Shown one piece after another: positions 61,119 through 64,000 of a DNA stretch of 64,000 nucleotides. The number at the start of each line of letters is the position of its first letter. Position 1 is the stretch's first letter. Origin of the DNA: Thermoflexus hugenholtzii JAD2. Its GTDB lineage: Bacteria; Pseudomonadota; Gammaproteobacteria; Burkholderiales; Burkholderiaceae. The translations under genes were made by a program, and so were the position numbers. The notes under the pieces are model-generated. The model was not told the DNA's origin and did no database searches. It was given only the letters and a program-made list of their open reading frames with translations. Location of the stretch: NCBI GenBank assembly GCA_943325205.2, contig CALPOM020000001.1, forward strand, positions 6,010-70,009. The letters run 5' to 3'.

Positions 61119-61749
61119 AATGAAGAGTCTTTATCTGGCTTCTGAAAGTCCTCGCCGACAAAATATCCTACAACAACTTGGGGTGGATTTTGAACTCCTG
61201 CCCCCCCAACCTAGCGAAGATCCCGAGTTACTCGAAATTGCGCATCCAAATGAACCAGCCCAGCAATATGTTCAACGAGTTACTTTCAATAAATTACAAG
61301 CCGCTAAAAATCGGTTAATGAACCAAAAAAAAGCCTGGGCCCCGATTTTATGCGCCGATACGTGTGTCTGTATCAAGACGCAAACATCAGACATCCTTCT
61401 TGGAAAACCCCAAAACCTGCATGAAGCCAAAACGATGTTAAACCAATTAAATGGCCAAGCCCATTGGGTCCATACCGCTGTTGCCATAGCGACTTCTTTA
61501 CAGGATCCTGGCATCCTTCGACTGTCTTCTTCTGAGGTATTTTTCGGGGAAAATTCTGATCGGCATATTGAGCGTTATTTAGCAACCAATGAACCAATTG
61601 GTAAAGCAGGAGCCTACGGCATCCAAGGTCTTGGAAGTACCCTCATCGAACGCATCCATGGTAGCTATAGCGGCATTATGGGCCTTCCAATCTATGAGAC
61701 GATACAACTTTTAGACCTTGCAAAAATTCGTTATATGCTATCCCCATGA
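61111..61749 (+). CDS. maf: Maf family nucleoside triphosphate pyrophosphatase
   Basis: LASESPRR, ADT, LGKP, GKAGAYGIQG, GSYSGIMGLP. Confidence 0.92.
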   Translation: MSKMKSLYLASESPRRQNILQQLGVDFELLPPQPSEDPELLEIAHPNEPAQQYVQRVTFNKLQAAKNRLMNQKKAWAPILCADTCVCIKTQTSDILLGKPQNLHEAKTMLNQLNGQAHWVHTAVAIATSLQDPGILRLSSSEVFFGENSDRHIERYLATNEPIGKAGAYGIQGLGSTLIERIHGSYSGIMGLPIYETIQLLDLAKIRYMLSP

Positions 61750-63194
61750 ACGAAGAAATCTTAATTAACTTTACCCCACAAGAAACGCGTGTAGCTCTCA
61801 TTAGCCAAGGAGAGGTGCAAGAATTACTCATTGAACGCGCCCAAAATCGGGGCTATGTTGGTAACGTGTATCTAGGCAAGGTGAACCGGGTCTTGCCAGG
61901 TATGCAATCCGCCTTTGTGGATATTGGTCTGGATAAATCTGCTTTTATCCATGTTGCAGATATTCATCCTAGTCAAGATACGCCCATCGAAAAACTGATT
62001 TTTGATGGGCAAACACTCCTTGTGCAAGTCCTCAAAGACCCCCTAGGCTCTAAAGGGGCAAGGCTAACAACCCATATCAGTATCCCCGGACGAAATCTGG
62101 TCTATTTACCCGTGGATAAAAAAGATGGTCAAATTGGGATCTCCCAAAAAATCACGGAAGAAAAAGACCGTGAGGAATTAAAAAACCGCGTTCGAATGCT
62201 TCTACCTCCCTCATTTCAAGGCAGCTTAATCGTTCGAACTAGCGCCGCAGAAGTAACCGGTAGCGAACTAGAAGAAGATCTACATTTTTTACAATTGAGC
62301 TGGCAAAAAATTCAGCAGCAAAGTCAAAAACTCCCAACACCAGCTCTCCTCCATCAAGATCTGAATCTCATGGAGCGAGTCATGCGGGACATCGCCGAGC
62401 AGTCAACTACCCAAATCCGAATTGATTCAGCTGAAAACTATAAAAAATTAAGAGAATTTTCCCAAATTTTTATGCCAAAGCTACTAGATAAAGTGATTCT
62501 TTATCGGGGTGAGCGCCCACTATTTGATTTATATAATGTCGAAAGTGAAATCAATCTTGCCTTAAACCGGCGAGTTAGTCTCAAATCGGGTGGCTATCTC
62601 ATCATCGACCAAACCGAGTCCATGACGACGATTGATGTCAATACCGGCAGCTATATTGGGGCTAAAACATTTGTTGATACGATCTACAAAACGAATCTCG
62701 AGGCAGCGAAAGCAATTGCTCGCCAACTGCGTTTGCGTAACTTGGGAGGGATTATTATTGTCGACTTTATTGATATGCCGACCCTTGAACATCAGTCCGC
62801 TGTTTTAGCTGAACTCGAACGAAGTCTAGCAATTGACCGCACCAAAACAGCAGTTAACCCCTTTTCGTCACTAGGCCTCGTCGAAATGACACGCAAAAGA
62901 ACTCGCGAGTCTTTAGCACACCAACTTTGCCAAGTCTGTACTACCTGTGACGGCAAAGGGGAAATTAAAACTACTCAAACCATCTGTTATGAAATTCTAC
63001 GAGAAATCGTCCGAGAACATCGCCAATTCAACCCGAAAGAATTCCGCATTGTGGCCGCACCTGATGTGATTGACTTATTTCTGGAAGAACAAAGCACCTT
63101 CTTAGCAGAGTTAAGTGAATTCATTGGCAAACCAATCCTCCTGCGCGCTGAAGCTCTCTTCTCTCAAGAGCACTACGACATCGTCTTACTCTAA
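61746..63194 (+). CDS. rng: Ribonuclease G
   Basis: GNVYLGKV.RVLPGMQSAFVDIG, IDVNTG, GGIIIVDFIDM, EMTRKR. Confidence 0.95.
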   Translation: MNEEILINFTPQETRVALISQGEVQELLIERAQNRGYVGNVYLGKVNRVLPGMQSAFVDIGLDKSAFIHVADIHPSQDTPIEKLIFDGQTLLVQVLKDPLGSKGARLTTHISIPGRNLVYLPVDKKDGQIGISQKITEEKDREELKNRVRMLLPPSFQGSLIVRTSAAEVTGSELEEDLHFLQLSWQKIQQQSQKLPTPALLHQDLNLMERVMRDIAEQSTTQIRIDSAENYKKLREFSQIFMPKLLDKVILYRGERPLFDLYNVESEINLALNRRVSLKSGGYLIIDQTESMTTIDVNTGSYIGAKTFVDTIYKTNLEAAKAIARQLRLRNLGGIIIVDFIDMPTLEHQSAVLAELERSLAIDRTKTAVNPFSSLGLVEMTRKRTRESLAHQLCQVCTTCDGKGEIKTTQTICYEILREIVREHRQFNPKEFRIVAAPDVIDLFLEEQSTFLAELSEFIGKPILLRAEALFSQEHYDIVLL

Positions 63195-63200
63195 TTTGCT

Positions 63201-64000
63201 CTAAGTCCGCGTAGAAAATTGTAAGCGATGCAAACTAGCATACAACCCATTTTGAAGAATCAAGTCGCGATGCGTTCCTACTTCAATTACGTGACCATGC
63301 TCTAACACAACAATTCGGTCAGCATTCTCAATGGTCGATAAGCGATGCGCAATCACTAAAGTCGTTCTACCTTGCATTAAGGACTCCAAGGCCCCTTGAA
63401 CTTGGCGCTCTGATTCAGAGTCAAGCGAAGATGTCGCTTCATCCAGAATAAGGATAGGTGCATTTTTATACACCGCCCTGGCTATTGCTAAACGCTGTCT
63501 TTGTCCTCCTGATAAGCGATTGCCATTATGGCCAATCACCGTATCCATCCCCTGCGGTAACTCTCGGATCATTTCAGACAGATTGGCAGCCTGGATAGCC
63601 TCAGAAACTCGAATACGATCAATATCTTTTGGATACACCGTGCCATATGCAATATTGGCCGCAATCGTATCATTAAATAAAATAACATCCTGACTCACAA
63701 AACCCATTTGTCGACGTAAATCAGCTAAGCGATAGGTGTTAATCGGCTCATCATCCAAATAAATTACCCCCTGAGTGGGGCTGTAAAATCTTGGTACCAG
63801 ATTCACTAAAGTGGTCTTGCCACTCCCGGAGGGCCCAACAAATGCAACAACTTCTCCTGGCGAAATCGTAATATCAATATCTCTGAGTACTTCCCTATTT
63901 TCCTGTATAGCTTCCTCTAACTGCGCTTGCTGATAAGAAAATCCAACGCCCCTAAACTCAATCTTCCCCTTCGCTAAGGCGATCGGTAAAAGACTCTGAT
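63201..64000 (-). CDS. msbA: Lipid A export ABC transporter, C-terminal NBD (partial)
   Basis: Frame open to window end: [36 protein letters not shown]; convergent with rng. Confidence 0.85.
   Translation of the reverse strand, partial: QSLLPIALAKGKIEFRGVGFSYQQAQLEEAIQENREVLRDIDITISPGEVVAFVGPSGSGKTTLVNLVPRFYSPTQGVIYLDDEPINTYRLADLRRQMGFVSQDVILFNDTIAANIAYGTVYPKDIDRIRVSEAIQAANLSEMIRELPQGMDTVIGHNGNRLSGGQRQRLAIARAVYKNAPILILDEATSSLDSESERQVQGALESLMQGRTTLVIAHRLSTIENADRIVVLEHGHVIEVGTHRDLILQNGLYASLHRLQFSTRT

Overview
Chromosomal, mostly housekeeping segment of a fairly AT-rich betaproteobacterium. Gene content, order and protein N-termini point to Burkholderiaceae, probably Polynucleobacter-like (inference). 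Left to right: the 5' part of a cyanophycin synthetase (missed by the ORF track) divergent from an ABC exporter plus a DUF1854 gene; tcdA, pdxH, msrA, an aldehyde dehydrogenase; a DEAD-box helicase with a long structured leader; hemYXDC/argH; an Orn/Lys/Arg decarboxylase and dcd; a full periplasmic Mo/W formate dehydrogenase cluster; apbC, metG, scpA, panC; zapB-like/zapA/6S RNA; a malonyl-CoA decarboxylase-Bug-CoA transferase unit; lgt, holC, pepA, lptFG, cysB; an ~11 kb accessory catabolic block ending at tRNA-Leu(CAA); and the conserved yebC-purD-hemF-nadD-rsfS-rlmH-maf-rng operon with the 3' part of msbA. No transposase, integrase, phage gene, CRISPR array or rRNA was seen. Best leads: the cyanophycin-linked ABC/DUF1854 module, an ArgH lacking its invariant catalytic lysine, a possible CoA-transferase route for malonate, two unannotated structured RNA elements, a zapA/6S overlap, and divergent genes whose start codons overlap. 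All family calls are from motif recognition; no database search was run.
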